Origin: Eledone cirrhosa
Lineage: Eukaryota
Reading direction: 5' to 3'
Length of the DNA: 64,000 nucleotides
NCBI GenBank assembly: GCA_964016885.1
Contig: OZ024751.1
Location: 7,068,001 to 7,132,000 of the forward strand
Made by a program: the position numbers and the translations under genes. Under the pieces are notes generated by a model. It was not told the origin of the DNA. It saw only the letters and a list, made by a program, of their open reading frames with translations, and did no database searches. This document shows, piece after piece, positions 11,652 to 26,037 of this stretch. Each line of letters opens with the position of its first letter. Position 1 is the stretch's first letter.

Positions 11652-12071
11652 ACCTCACCTCAGAAAGAATTTCTATAGACTTTTGACTGAGGAATGAGAG
11701 GAGAGGGTGTCCTTTGACGCTGAAATTCGTTTGTTCGAATTCATATGATTCTAGTTCCTGAGAAAGATAACAATCCAACCAGGAGCTGGACATATCGGAG
11801 TATTAACGGAGTAAAACACTTTAACAACATGTGTACCCGTCTCTACCACACCAATTCGGACTGCTTGAAGAGGTCACAGCCAAATATGGCTTTCACCGAA
11901 ATATATATAGCAGTAATAAACGAAGCCAAATTTTAAATATTGGACTTATTTATTTTATTTTACATTAGTCCGGAGTAACCAAACCAACCAGCGCACTTCG
12001 TCAAGTGCTCCAATCTGCATACTAGGGTTCAGTAAACAACCAACATATACTCAAAATATATATGTATATAT

Positions 12072-13058
12072 GATTGAACGTCTGAAAGTATATACTTTCC
12101 TTATGCATATTAACGGATGAGCAGCCTAATTTGCATATCGAGTGAATTAATCGGCCGGGCACACCGAAAACGATAAATGGAGAAAATGAAACGAAATTTC
12201 ATTTCTCACTCTTGGTACGGCTGTTACTTAAATATAAGTATGTATACAGACATACACATATGTATATAGACGTACTGTAGTACGTATATATATATATAAA
12301 TACATGCACACATATATATATGAACGTATGGATTCACCGAATATTTATTATAATGCTCGGTGTGTTTGTAAACAAACATCCCGAATTAAGCCGTACAGTG
12401 TCTAGCAACCATTGTTGCTCATTTGTTCAACACTGACAAAGGAACGCTGTACTAGTTTCAAGCTTATTAGCTATCGTCAGCAACGTATACTTTCCTACCA
12501 GATGATTGAACGTCTGAAAGTATATACTTTCCATATGCATATTAACGGAAGAGCAGCCTAATTTGCATATCGAGTGAGTTAATCGGCCGGGAACACCCAA
12601 AACGATAAACGGAGAAAATGAAACGAAATTCCATTTTTCACTCTTAGTACGGCTGTACTTAAATATAAGTTTGTATACGTAGATACATATATGTATACAG
12701 ACGTACAGTAGTATGTATTTATATATACATACATGCACACATATATATATATGTACGTATGGATTCACCAAACATTTAATATAATGCTCGGTGTGTTTGT
12801 AAAGCCGTACATTGTCTAGCAACCATCGTTGCTCATTTGTTCAACACTGACAAAGGAACGCTGTACTAGTTTCATTGAACGTCTTTTTTTCTGTTTATCA
12901 TTTTCGGTGCACCCGGCCGATTCACTCACTCGCTATGCAAATTAGGCTGCTCAGCCGTTAATATGCATAAGGAAAGTATATAATTTCAGACGTTCAATGA
13001 TCTGGCAGGAAGGTATACGTTGCTGACGATAGCTAATAAGCTTGAAACTAGAACAGCG
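12072..13058 (-). repeat. HHR-bearing family as a ~431-bp tandem (minus) followed by an inverted copy (12880-13058); further copies at ~20790-21247 and ~61420-61640
   Basis: gattgaacgtctgaaagtatatactttcc..atttgcatatcgagtga at 12072 and 12503; reverse complement at 12880-13058. Confidence 0.88.
12445..12485 (-). ncRNA. Minimal type I hammerhead ribozyme (intact copy)
   Basis: CGTTG-CTGACGA-T-AGCT-aata-AGCT-T-GAAAC-TA-GTA-CAGCG with palindromic stem III ACTAGT. Copies at 13018-13058 (+, GTA>GAA) and 20979-21019 (+, core C>T) are mutated. Confidence 0.85.
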
Positions 13059-13167
13059 TATGTATATATGTATATATATATGTATATATGTATATATATA
13101 TATATATATATGTGTGTATATATATATATGTATATATATGTGTGTATATATAGGTGTATATATATAT

Positions 13168-13753
13168 GTTGGTGCTACTGGTAACATGTATCCCAGTACA
13201 ACCTGTCCCATGGTCGGGTCGTTGGCGACTAAACTGGCAACCCCACCAAGGTTTCTTGGTGAGGAGGGTGACTTTGGACATCCTGCAGGACTAAAAACAA
13301 AACCTGCCAAAGGAGCTCTTAAGAGTCAATGGCCATCCAAAATCACCGGGAGAGATGACCCCTTAGCCTTTGTCAAGGCAGAATTCTAAGAGAAGGAAAA
13401 CTCTGATATAACACCTGCAACCCTGATGGTATCCAATGATGTTGACTTATTCTTCTTTTTGGTAAATATCATCTTGGTTAAGAGAGTGGGACTGGCTTTG
13501 TGCAGTGCCTTTGCTCACTATAAAAGCTTCACGGCACAGGCATTGCTTTATATCTGGAGATCTCTCTACACTTGTCGTCACATGGTACCAAAGGCCCAAC
13601 ACTGTGTCAATAATTGTCACAGGTGTAGTGTTTGTACCAGAGTTTTCAAGTCGCTGGCTGGACTAAAAGTCACACTTGTTTAGCGCATCGGTAGGGGTTC
13701 TCCTACATGGATATAAAGTAGTGGCCGTACTCGAAAACGAGTTGGCAGCCACC
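13168..13753 (+). mobile_element. ~600-bp non-autonomous RTE-LINE-derived element
   Basis: Copies at 44543-45152, 46405-46908 and 28990-29195. The 3' part encodes a C2H2-like remnant [15 protein letters not shown], as found at RTE ORF C-termini. Inserted in (TA)n. Confidence 0.7.
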
Positions 13754-13804
13754 ATATATATATGTATATATATATGTATATATATACATGTATATATATG
13801 TATA

Positions 13805-13855
<51 letters not shown>

Positions 13856-13962
13856 ATATATACATGTGTATATATATATATGTACATATATATGTATATA
13901 TATGTCTATATATATATGTGCATATATATGTATATCTATATCTCTCTCTCTCTCTATATATA

Positions 13963-14008
<46 letters not shown>

Positions 14009-14011
14009 AAT

Positions 14012-14201
14012 AATTGTTTCTACTTTTGGCACCAGGCCAGCAATTACCCAGTGTATTACTGGTACTTTATTTTATCGACTCCGTAAGGATGAAAGGCAAA
14101 GTTAACCTCGGCGGGATTTGAACTCAGAATGGCAAGGGCCGTAACTCTATGCGTCAAAGCATGGCGTCCGACCCTCTACCGATACTGCCAATCCACCGCC
14201 C
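14012..14201 (-). mobile_element. Full-length SINE family A
   Basis: Consensus match. TSD atatataaagtaataat. Confidence 0.9.
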
Positions 14202-14296
14202 TCATATATAAAGTAATAATACAAATACATATAGATACGTATATAGACATATATATGTATACATATATATATAAACATATATATATATATATACAC

Positions 14297-16083
<1,787 letters not shown>

Positions 16084-16092
16084 GTATATATG

Positions 16093-16166
<74 letters not shown>

Positions 16167-16167
<1 letters not shown>

Positions 16168-17862
16168 GAACTATCTTCATCTTACAGACCCACACTCCCC
16201 CCGGCCTGAACTCCCCACCCTTATTCCTTTAGCGTTAGATCGCCCCCCTCCCCCCACACTCATCCCCCGCTAACACCACTAACACACCCCTCCTTTTCAC
16301 CGCCCACCCCACACTAACAATACTAACACCTCCACTCCACCCCTCATCTGACCACCCTTCCCCAACTAACATACTAACATCCCTTCCCTCCCCTCTTCTC
16401 CTCCTCCGCCTTCCTTATCACACGCACACACACACCGGCACATATATACACGCGCTCACACTAAACATACACCCTACTACCACTACTAACCCTCACCCCC
16501 ACACCTCTCACCCCCACACCTCCATCCCACCACCCCGCAACTAACCTCACTAAAACCCCCTAACCCCAAGCACACGAACATACGCACCCACTTACACCCC
16601 CCCCACACGCAACTAACATCACTAACACCCCCAACCCCACGCACACGTACCCACACACCCTCGTACACCACCAACTCTACACACCCTACCACCACTAACC
16701 CCCACTCACACCTGCATTCAACCCCTCCCCACCTCCCGTATACTAACACCCACTAACACCTCTTCATCAAACTACACACACACCAGTACACCACACTCCC
16801 TCCATAGAACCACACACACCCTTCTCTCCCCACTCCACCCACACCCTCGCTCCACACTCACTCATCCCACTAACACCCTACTAATACACACACACACACA
16901 CCCTCCTCACTCCAACTTTCACACCTACCCATCCCCGCCCCCTACCATTCCACTAACTGCTGCTGTGCCCTCCGGCCACCTGCCAGCACCAACAGACCGC
17001 AGCACTTCCACTGCTGACCACTTCCTGTTGCGCGCGCACCCCACATCTCTCCTCTTCCGATCACCACTTCATGGATTACCCACACGCAGAATTTGACTTA
17101 CAAACAATCTACTGAACATCCTTGGAACTTACCAACTTTTCAACCATCCTCTTGCGTAATCACCTATATAACTCACCCGCACACATACCCCCCAAAAAAT
17201 GTTTTTCTCCACACGCCACCCACACCCACAACACGCTTAAACCCCACACACACGTGCTTCCCACCACATATTTACACCCTCAGCCTCCTGATTCCTCTCC
17301 CCCCACCCCCCTATCCACACACGCACAGACACTCCGACCCACAAAAACAGCCCCCACACACACCCCTTCCTGAACACGCAACCCCGTTTTTCCCACAACC
17401 CTTACTTTCACATACACACACACACACACACGCACACCTACACACACACACCACCTTCAGCCCTCCCCGCTCGGACACCCCGTCTCCCTCTCCCCACTCC
17501 ACCCTCCACCACCCCTACTCACCCCACACCCTTCCACCACATGTTTACCCCCCTATTAATTTCAGTTTATTTTGATCATGCCTTTATTTTTAAATTTTCT
17601 CATTCCTTGTATTTTGATCATGCTTTATTTTTATTTTTTATCTTTATTTGTTTTTTTTTCATTCGCACCGTTTCCTTTCGCTATATGTCTCTCCACCACT
17701 CCCCTACACACCTTTTGAACTCTGTTCCCATACACTTCTCACCTGAGGAAGGGCTTATGCCCGAAACGTCGTCCCCCACCTACCCCGCACTCTCCTAAGC
17801 GTGAAATTAATAAACATTTATTGTACTGCCTCTCTGTTTTGTCCCTGTTCAAATTTTTCCAT
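16167..17862 (+). mobile_element. 3' end of a Penelope-like element (Neptune/Poseidon type): last codons of GIY-YIG plus a C-rich pseudo-LTR
   Basis: [19 protein letters not shown] is homologous to LIHRLGSYPLLGLNSPPQFL* at 26812. HHR at 17740, AATAAA at ~17808, (TA)n on both sides. Confidence 0.75.
17740..17773 (+). ncRNA. Minimal hammerhead ribozyme in a PLE pseudo-LTR
   Basis: AC-CTGAGGA-A-GGGC-ttat-GCCC-GAAAC-GTC-GT; weak stem I. Confidence 0.72.
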
Positions 17863-17917
17863 TATATATATATATATATATATAAGATCAAAAGATGGTT
17901 AAAAGAGTTCCATGTAT

Positions 17918-17982
17918 TTTATTATGCGCATTTCAAAAACAAATATCATCATGCAATAACATTTGCGTTTTCGTCAGATAAA
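17918..17982 (-). ncRNA. Type I hammerhead ribozyme
   Basis: TTTAT-CTGACGA-AAAC..GTTTTT-GAAA-TGCGC-ATA-ATAAA; palindromic stem III ATGCGCAT. Confidence 0.78.
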
Positions 17983-18084
17983 ATAGGGAGACATGATATG
18001 AAGGTTAAAACACACTTGTGAATAGTTAATTTAAAACTGCAGTATTCACAAGTGTGTTTTAACCTTCATATCATGTCTCCCTAA

Positions 18085-18149
18085 TTTATCTGACGAAAAC
18101 GCAAATGTTATTGCATGATGATATTTGTTTTTGAAATGCGCATAGTAAA
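18085..18149 (+). ncRNA. Type I hammerhead ribozyme (opposite arm)
   Basis: Same motif; stem I TTTAT/GTAAA keeps pairing through a U-G wobble. Confidence 0.78.
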
Positions 18150-18278
18150 ATACATGGAACTCTTTTAACCTTCTTTTGATCTTATATATTAGTTATACTC
18201 CAGTCCTACAAACTGTAGAGTTCTACTTATTCGATATCTTCATTGCTTTATTGTACTACAATAAAACACATCTCCTAC

Positions 18279-18388
<110 letters not shown>

Positions 18389-19180
18389 GTGGGGGGGGAT
18401 TTTCGTATGTATATGTATGTTTATTATTACTTTTATAATGGTGTATTCTGGATTTTATTACGTTAGAAACATCTGCCAATTTATATCTAAATTATCGTGA
18501 AGATAATTAAGCAAATGTATTACATATTATCAAAATATGGCGTGCAACGTTTATATGTTTGTTAGCGCTATTTCCACACAGAATATTTTCCCTATATGCT
18601 GCTGTCTTTACTCTCAATTTTACATTCCCTATGCCTGTATCCTCTACAATTCCTGGATCGCTATGCTTGAGATTTAGACTGGGATATACTTGAATATAAG
18701 AATGCTAAAGCTGTTGGTAGTGTTTATGTATACAGTATCCCAAATTCGTACACAACATTGGAAAAAGACAATATATTTCGTAGTAGCAATAATAAGCATA
18801 AAGAAAAAGAGAGCAAGATTGGGAAGGAATATAACTGCCATGAATGATAGGAAACGGAGAGGAGCAGCAAGGAGTTCTAGTCAAAGGATGAAAGAAAGAA
18901 GAGGAGATGATGACAGAAACTTTACCATGGTCGGAGTGATGTTTCGGCTGCATCCCGTGGACAAAATATGAAAGGCATTTACGCTCGACAGCTTCATTGG
19001 ATTTTCAGAAACCTCTAAATCTTTCTGTCTCTATATACAAGCATATATTTCAGTTTCTGGAAAGACATTATATACGTATTCCCGCTAAGAGAAAATCAGC
19101 TGACGTTGCCAATGTCCGTCTTAACTTCACTTTGATAAGAACTACCCATTATCTTAAATGTTGAATAAAGGAATGTGAAT

Positions 19181-19368
19181 AATTGTTTTTCTACTTTTGG
19201 CACAAGGCCAGCAATTAACCAGTGTATTACTGATACTTTATGTTATCCACCCCATAAGGACGAAAGGCAAAGTTAACCTAGGCGGCATTTGAACTCAAAA
19301 TGGCAAGGGCCGTAACTCTATGCGTCAAATCATCGCGTCCGACCCTCTACCGATACTGCCAATCCACC
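19181..19368 (-). mobile_element. SINE family A
   Basis: Diverged full-length match. Confidence 0.85.
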
Positions 19369-19482
19369 ATAATGGTACTTGGACATTATAGAACGAAACC
19401 CATGTAGAAGAAAACATGTAGGAAAGTAAATGTGAAAGAGGGAAATATGAGATGAGACCAAATTGTGAGTGTGAAGGAACTC

Positions 19483-19838
19483 ATGATGATTATGATGAAG
19501 ATGATGACGGTGGTGGTGGTGGTGATGATAATGAGGGCGATGAGGATGATGATGATGATAATGATGATGACAACGATGATGGTGGTGATGGTAATGATGA
19601 TTATTATGATGGTGTTACTGATGGTGAGGAGGATCATGATGATGATGATGATGACGACGATGGTGATGATGATGATGATTATGAGGGTGATGAGGTTTGT
19701 TTATGGTGAGAATGATGATGATACTGATGGTGATGAGGATGTTGATAATGATGATAGCAATGATAGTTACTATGGCGACGATGATGATGTTGATGAAGAT
19801 GTTGACGATCGTGATGGTCTTGGGAGTGATGTTGATGA
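19483..19838. repeat. Degenerate (GAT)n microsatellite
   Basis: gatgatgat runs with GGT/GAC variants. Confidence 0.9.
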
Positions 19839-20399
19839 AATAAAAAAATTGGGTCTACAAATAAAATATTAAGGCTCACCAGTTCAATATGACATAATAG
19901 GAAAGATGACAAAAACAATACAATTACCCGGATTTCCCAGGGCTTAAGACCCGATTCTCAGCAATGTGTCAATCGGAGCAATTTCAAAATAATCAGAGAA
20001 CAATAGGAGAGCAATTCCGATTGATTATGTATTGTCCATAACTTAAAGTATTGTAACATCTCGCTATGGAAATGGAGTCCTCAATGGTTTTGAAATTTAA
20101 AAACATAGTATCTCAGGGAATAAACAAGTTGGATAGTTTTATAGTTACTATATTAAAATACCTTGCAGAATATTTATAGAGGTCTGGGAGTTATATTCAC
20201 GAATAATTATCTATTCTATTCATTACTATACTAGCTGACAACTGTTATAATTCACTCGACCTAAAATATCGAATAGTCTTGAAATATTTAAAATAAATGA
20301 ATCGGAATATGTATGTTATCATGTGCCTGCATGAAAGAGTGGTTGTCGTGTATGTTCATGTGTATGTGTTGTCGTTTGATTAGACACGTATATATATAG

Positions 20400-20593
20400 A
20401 GAGAGAGGAGTCGATTTAATTTCGTCAAATCGGACCAATTAAACAATGTTTTCATTGGTCTTTCCAATTGCTAATACAATCTAGCGGTCACAACCCCAGG
20501 TAGAAGGAGCAACATGAAATAAGTGTCTTGTTGAAGGACATAACGCATCAACCGGTTTTGAAGCCTATTCGCTAACCACTCAGCCACGCGCCT
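20400..20593 (-). mobile_element. SINE family B (tRNA-derived), diverged
   Basis: gcaacatgaaataagtgtcttgttgaaggacataacgca..ccactcagccacgcgcc; related to 23716-23855 (+) and 25780-26025 (-). Confidence 0.65.
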
Positions 20594-20789
20594 TCACAAA
20601 CGAAAAGAACGGAATAGATACGTGCGTGTCCAGTCATATACATATATATATAAGTATGTATATATGTATATATATATATATACATACTACTGTACGTCTG
20701 TATACATATATATATATATACACGTATGTATATATGTATATATATATACATACTACTGTACGACTGTATATATATATGGATGTACGTAT

Positions 20790-21246
20790 ACATACTTATA
20801 GTTAAGTACAGCCGTACTAAGATTGAGAAATGAAATTTCGTTTCATTTTTTCCGTTTATCGTTTTCGGTGCGCCCGGCCGATTAACTCACTCGATATGCA
20901 AATTAGGCTGCTCTTCCGTTAATATGCACAAGGAAAGTATATACTTTCAGACGTTTAATCATCTGGCAGGAAGGTATACGTTGTTGACGATAGCTAATAA
21001 GCTTGAAACTAGTACAGCGTTCCTTTGTCAGAGTTGAACAAAGGAGCAACGATGGTTGCTTGACACTGTACGGCTTAATTTGGGATGTTTATTTACAAAC
21101 ACACCGAGCATTATAATAAATGTTCGGTGAATCCATACGTACATACATATATGTGTGAATGTGTGTATATATATATACATAATACTGTATGTCTGTATAC
21201 ATATATGTATGTACGTATAGATACTTATATTTAAGTAACAGCCGTT

Positions 21247-21247
<1 letters not shown>
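20790..21247 (+). repeat. One full unit of the ~431-bp HHR family seen at 12072-13058
   Basis: Reverse complement of 12072-12505; HHR at 20979-21019 has core TTGACGA. Confidence 0.82.
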
Positions 21248-21336
<89 letters not shown>

Positions 21337-21548
21337 TATTTCGTTTCTGAATTTGTTTAGCAAGATTCTTTATCTGAAAACGTGTGTTGAAACCGATATT
21401 GTTATACTTTGGGTGGGGCATGTTGCCAATAAGAAACACACGCACCAATTGCTTCATTTCAATTTATTATAATACATTTATAAATTTAGGAATTTATAAA
21501 TTTCCGGTTGGTTGGTTGGTTCCACAACCAGATGGTTGTTTATATATT

Positions 21549-21591
21549 GTCAAAGTTCTTTCGCCACACATTATGTGACCTCTTCAGTGAC
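21549..21591 (-). ncRNA. Minimal type I hammerhead ribozyme
   Basis: GTCA-CTGAAGA-G-GTCACA-taatg-TGTGGC-GAAAG-AA-CTT-TGAC; stem II has a U-G wobble relative to the plus-strand copy. Confidence 0.75.
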
Positions 21592-21709
21592 TAGGGATTC
21601 TTTTCTTGTTTTTTGTGCCTCTCCTTTGTTCTGTCCTACGCCATTTTGTTAAAAAAAGGGCGTAGGACAGAACAAAGGAGAGGCACAAAAACAAAGAAAA
21701 AAATCCCCA

Positions 21710-21752
21710 GTCACTGAAGAGGTCACATAATGTGTGACGAAAGAACTTTGAC
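21710..21752 (+). ncRNA. Minimal type I hammerhead ribozyme
   Basis: GTCA-CTGAAGA-G-GTCACA-taatg-TGTGAC-GAAAG-AA-CTT-TGAC; CUU triplet. Confidence 0.78.
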
Positions 21753-21950
21753 AATATATAAACAACCATCTGGTTGTGGAACCAACCAACCAACCGGAAA
21801 TTTATAAATTCCTAAATTTATAAATTTATTATAATAAATTGAAGTGAAAGCAACTGGTGCGTGTGTTTCTTATTGGCAACATGCCCGCCTAAAGAATAAC
21901 AATATACATATATACATATACATATATACATATATACGTATACATACTTT

Positions 21951-22034
<84 letters not shown>

Positions 22035-22457
22035 CCACGTTTACATCTTGTTTTCATATTTATCAATTAGTATTATTCAAATATAGAGCCGTCTACCACT
22101 GAAATTGTCTTTGAAATTTGATGGTTAATCGTTTGATTTCTGAACAACTAAAAATATAGCGTCATAACGGTAATTTAAACCTAAACAAACCACATGTGTT
22201 TGGAGTCGCGTCTATAATTTATTTCAATGTCCATTAGATTTGCAATATGGTTATGAGTATAGCTTCTATAATAAAAGAAAATACTAAGAGATATTATATA
22301 TCAGATGTTTGAGTGCAATATGAATTCTCATAAAATACATAAATATCTGACGCGTATATATCTCTCTCTCTCATATATATATATACATGTATAAATGAAG
22401 TGAGTGGCCAGCGATGAACATGTACGAATTATATTTGTCTGGTTCGTTAAAATTAAC

Positions 22458-22518
<61 letters not shown>

Positions 22519-23280
22519 TTTGTTCATGAGTGTGTGTATTTGATTTTGTTATTGCATTACACAAAACATCCATCCATTAAAAACTAAATATTTTGTTCTA
22601 TTAAGTTCGCCGATTGAAGTAATGTATTTTCATGAATCTAGCCCGTCAATTTAATTCTTTCGATGATAAATACATATTCGCCACTCCGGTAGATATCCGA
22701 CTCTGCTATTCGTGAAAATAAAGAAATCATTTTTATTGTTTCGCACATATAATTTGAAATGTATGTCATTAATGTTGGGTCACAATTAGTTGCCTTTGGA
22801 TCAACGCTATGTTTGTCGTTCCTCTTCTATGTCTTTCATTAATATTTCTACTCAGTTGGTAATATCCCCATGTTCGCGTTACATTTGCGGAGATATTCAA
22901 CAAGCACATATCTCTGACAATATTCTGTTACTTTTCAAATTGTTCCTGCCTTTTGTTGGTCTCATCCATGTCAACTGAAATGCATATATAAACAATTATA
23001 CATTTTTGTGACGCTTAGGGCATTTGTACTCTATTTTCTGGTCCATCTGTGTTGCAAAAAATACAAACTTATCTGGAAATCCAGATGCTCAATAACAATC
23101 TCAGTTTTGTGTCGGTTGAATTTATCACTCACTTCAAACTGTGGTTGCCGAATGATGTTCCATTAAAGAGCTGTAACTATACAGTCATGCTGACGCTTAT
23201 TAGGTTTCTGTAGCAAGCAACTACAACCATTTATATTGTGGTATTATATATATATATATTTTCAATTTCGCTTACTTTTA

Positions 23281-23630
23281 GGCAGTATCGGTAGAGCGCT
23301 GGACACCATACTACGCGGCAAAGCGTTCTGGGCCTTTACATTTTGAGATCAAATCACGCCGAGTTTAGCTTTGTATTTAATGCTTACGGGATCGATATAA
23401 TTCACAGTGGTTAATTTAATCGAGTTTCCCCTCCACTGAAAATTGTTTGGCAGAACCAGTTGGGCGTCGGACAACATGGTTTGTGGCATGCAGTTTTTAG
23501 TTCAAATCCCGCCAAGGTTATATTTGCCATTCGTCTATAAAATGAAGTACCAGTCACGCACTGAGGTCGATTAAATCGACTTCCCCCTCTCCCAAAATGA
23601 TTGGCCTTGTGCCTATATAAGAAACCAATA
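23281..23630 (+). mobile_element. Two old, diverged SINE family A-related copies in tandem (longer subfamily with an internal gtcgattaaatcgac segment)
   Basis: ggcagtatcggtagag.., agttcaaatcccgccaagg.., ggccttgtgcctatataagaaacc. Confidence 0.65.
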
Positions 23631-23715
23631 TAATATTCAATAATACAAATTGACATGTCTACTCTCTTTCACAATATAATTAGTTTTAATTAAATGAGGT
23701 TGCTAGAATTTGAAG

Positions 23716-23855
23716 GCGCATGGCTTAGTGGGTAGAACATTGGGCTTGCAATCGAAATGTTATGAGTTCAATTCTTGGACCAGGTGATGTTTTTTTCCCT
23801 TGAGCATGACACTTTATTTCACGTTGCTCCAGTTTACTCAGCTGGAGAAATGAGA
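23716..23855 (+). mobile_element. SINE family B
   Basis: A-box-like TGGCTTAGTGG, B-box-like GAGTTCAATTC, then ttgagcatgacactttatttcacgttgctccagt. Confidence 0.7.
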
Positions 23856-24261
23856 TAATAGGACTGGGATCCCTGTAATTAAATTACCCAAGACACCTCC
23901 AACGAGATATACCTTGAGGAGGACAGCTAAACCTGCATAGGTGTGAGCGTCATGCATCACGCACTAGAAAGCTTATCAGAATATTTTAAATATAAATAAA
24001 AACAATTCATTATTTATTATATTTGAAAAAGGAATATTTTATAAATGATTATTACAAGCATTATGAGGTGGTATTTGATAGTCTCAGTTTAGATATGTAT
24101 GCAGAGAATATTAACTTGGATTCAGTGACATATCTATGATTCTGCTGCGGAACATGGAATACTATAATACTATACGCAGGTGTAGCGAACGATGAAACTG
24201 CTTTTTGCTACTTTTCTCTATTATATTGAGCAAACGGATGTTCATTATTTTGAGTTCAAGT

Positions 24262-24770
24262 GCGGTGGATTGGCAGTATCGGTAGAGCATCGGATGCCAT
24301 GCTTTGAAGCATAGAGTTACCTCCCTGTATGATTTGAGTTCAAATCCCGCCGAGGTAAACTTTGACTTTCATCCTTCCGGGGTCGATAGAATAAAGTACC
24401 AGTAATGCATTGTGTAATTGCTGGCCTTGTGCCAAAAGTAGAAACAATTATTTTGAGTTCAAATCCCGCCGAGGTTGACTTTGCCTTTGATCCTTACGGG
24501 GTCGATAAAATAAAGTACCAGTAATGCACTGGGTAATTGCTGGCCTTGTGCCTAAAGTAGAAACAATTATTTTGTATTTGGCTTGGATTGGCAGTATCGG
24601 TGGAGGGTCGGACGCCATGCTTTCCAGCATATTTACGTCCCTTTACGATCTGAGTTCTAATCCCGCAGTAGTTAACTTTGCCTTTCATCCTTACGGGGTC
24701 AATAAAATAAAGTACTAGTAATGTACCAGTAATGATAATTGCTGGCTTTGTGCCAAAACTAGAAACAATT
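24262..24770 (+). mobile_element. Cluster of three SINE family A copies (24262-24449, 24452-24569 truncated, 24585-24770)
   Basis: Consensus matches. Flanking duplications attattttgagttcaa and attattttgtatttg. Confidence 0.88.
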
Positions 24771-25648
24771 ATTTTGTATTTGTCTATTGTACCTGTATTA
24801 CTGTAGGTTTTCTCATATTTTGAACATGCCACTTTCATTCAGAAACATGCAAAGGATATTGAGAAAAATACCAATGACGATAGTAAATTGTAATTATAAC
24901 AATGCAAGTATTAACAGTGGAAACTTCTGGTGTCATTGAACTTAGTACCACCCTCCCTCGCCATCATCGGCACAGAGTTGGCTTTGCTCAGGTGTGAGCA
25001 TCACGAGCTGGAATGAGAAATCCGGTCGTGCTGGCCGGAGTTCCTGTCGTTCGATCTATGATAAAAACACTTTTGAAATTAGAGGTTAAGTGGCCTAACT
25101 GTCTATAGTATTCAGCGTGACAGAGCGTGTGACACGGTCCGTGAAAAAAAACTGTACTTTGAATTATAGGTAAAGTCCATCTAGCATTCTTCTAAAATGA
25201 TCGCGTAATGTTACTCAAATGGATTGCAGTTCGAAGATCTTATGTTTGCGATACGAACTTCTTAACATAAGATATATGTTCCACGGTCGGGATTTTACAC
25301 ATCTCTATACCAAGTCTATATCAGCCTATGTATCGAGTACTCACATGGATAAATGTAGAGTGGTTATAGAGATGGTTAAAATCACGCTTCGTTTACATGT
25401 ATTATATATATATATGTATGTGTGTGTTGGGTAATTCCGAAGTAAAAGAAAATGAAAACAGAGTGCTCTATGTATAGAACAGAGCTATTTAATTAAAAGT
25501 AAACAACACAATATATATAGATCGCTTAACAGACAAAGATGTTATAGATAACATCTCTGTTTGATGAACGATCTAGACGTATATTAATATTGCCATGGGT
25601 CCTGAATCCTTTTATTTCATGGAGTAGTTATATATTGTGTTGTACACT

Positions 25649-25755
<107 letters not shown>

Positions 25756-25779
25756 GAGAGTGAGAGAGATATTAATAGA

Positions 25780-26025
25780 CAGTCGATCGACACAATATCC
25801 CAGACCTCAATCGGTTTGACGAGTGGAGGTGGAGCTCGTCAAATCGGGCCGAGGAAACAACCTTTCCATTGATCTTCCGAATTGCTAATACTATCTGTCA
25901 GTTACAAATCCAGGCAGAAAGTGCAACGTGAAATAAAGTGTCTTGCTGAAGGACATAACGCAACGCCCGGTCTGCCAGTTGATATCAAAACCTCACGATT
26001 CCGATTCCACTTAGTCACGCGCTTT
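25780..26025 (-). mobile_element. SINE family B, diverged
   Basis: gcaacgtgaaataaagtgtcttgctgaaggacataacgc; collinear with 20400-20593. Confidence 0.65.
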
Positions 26026-26037
26026 CACAATATATAT

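Larger units (their letters stand above)
17880..18186. repeat. Fold-back palindrome (~143-bp arms, 18-bp spacer) with a hammerhead in each arm
   Basis: 17880-18023 is the reverse complement of 18042-18186 with few mismatches. Confidence 0.9.
21335..21887. repeat. Fold-back (21416-21642 / 21659-21886) of an HHR family also at 43790-44495
   Basis: The two arms are reverse complements; flanked by (TA)n. Confidence 0.88.

Noticed and set aside
16232-17575. Pro/His/Thr-rich ORFs and telomere-like ctaac motifs
   Set aside because: This is the C-rich low-complexity 3' region of a PLE; there is no regular (CCCTAA)n array.
19386-19918. Asp-, Met-, Ile- and His-rich ORFs
   Set aside because: All are reading frames of a degenerate (GAT)n microsatellite.
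22790-23200. Possible small minus-strand exons (tttcag..gtaaca; ttacag..gtgagt)
   Set aside because: Short, with no recognisable protein similarity; such splice-like motifs are expected by chance.
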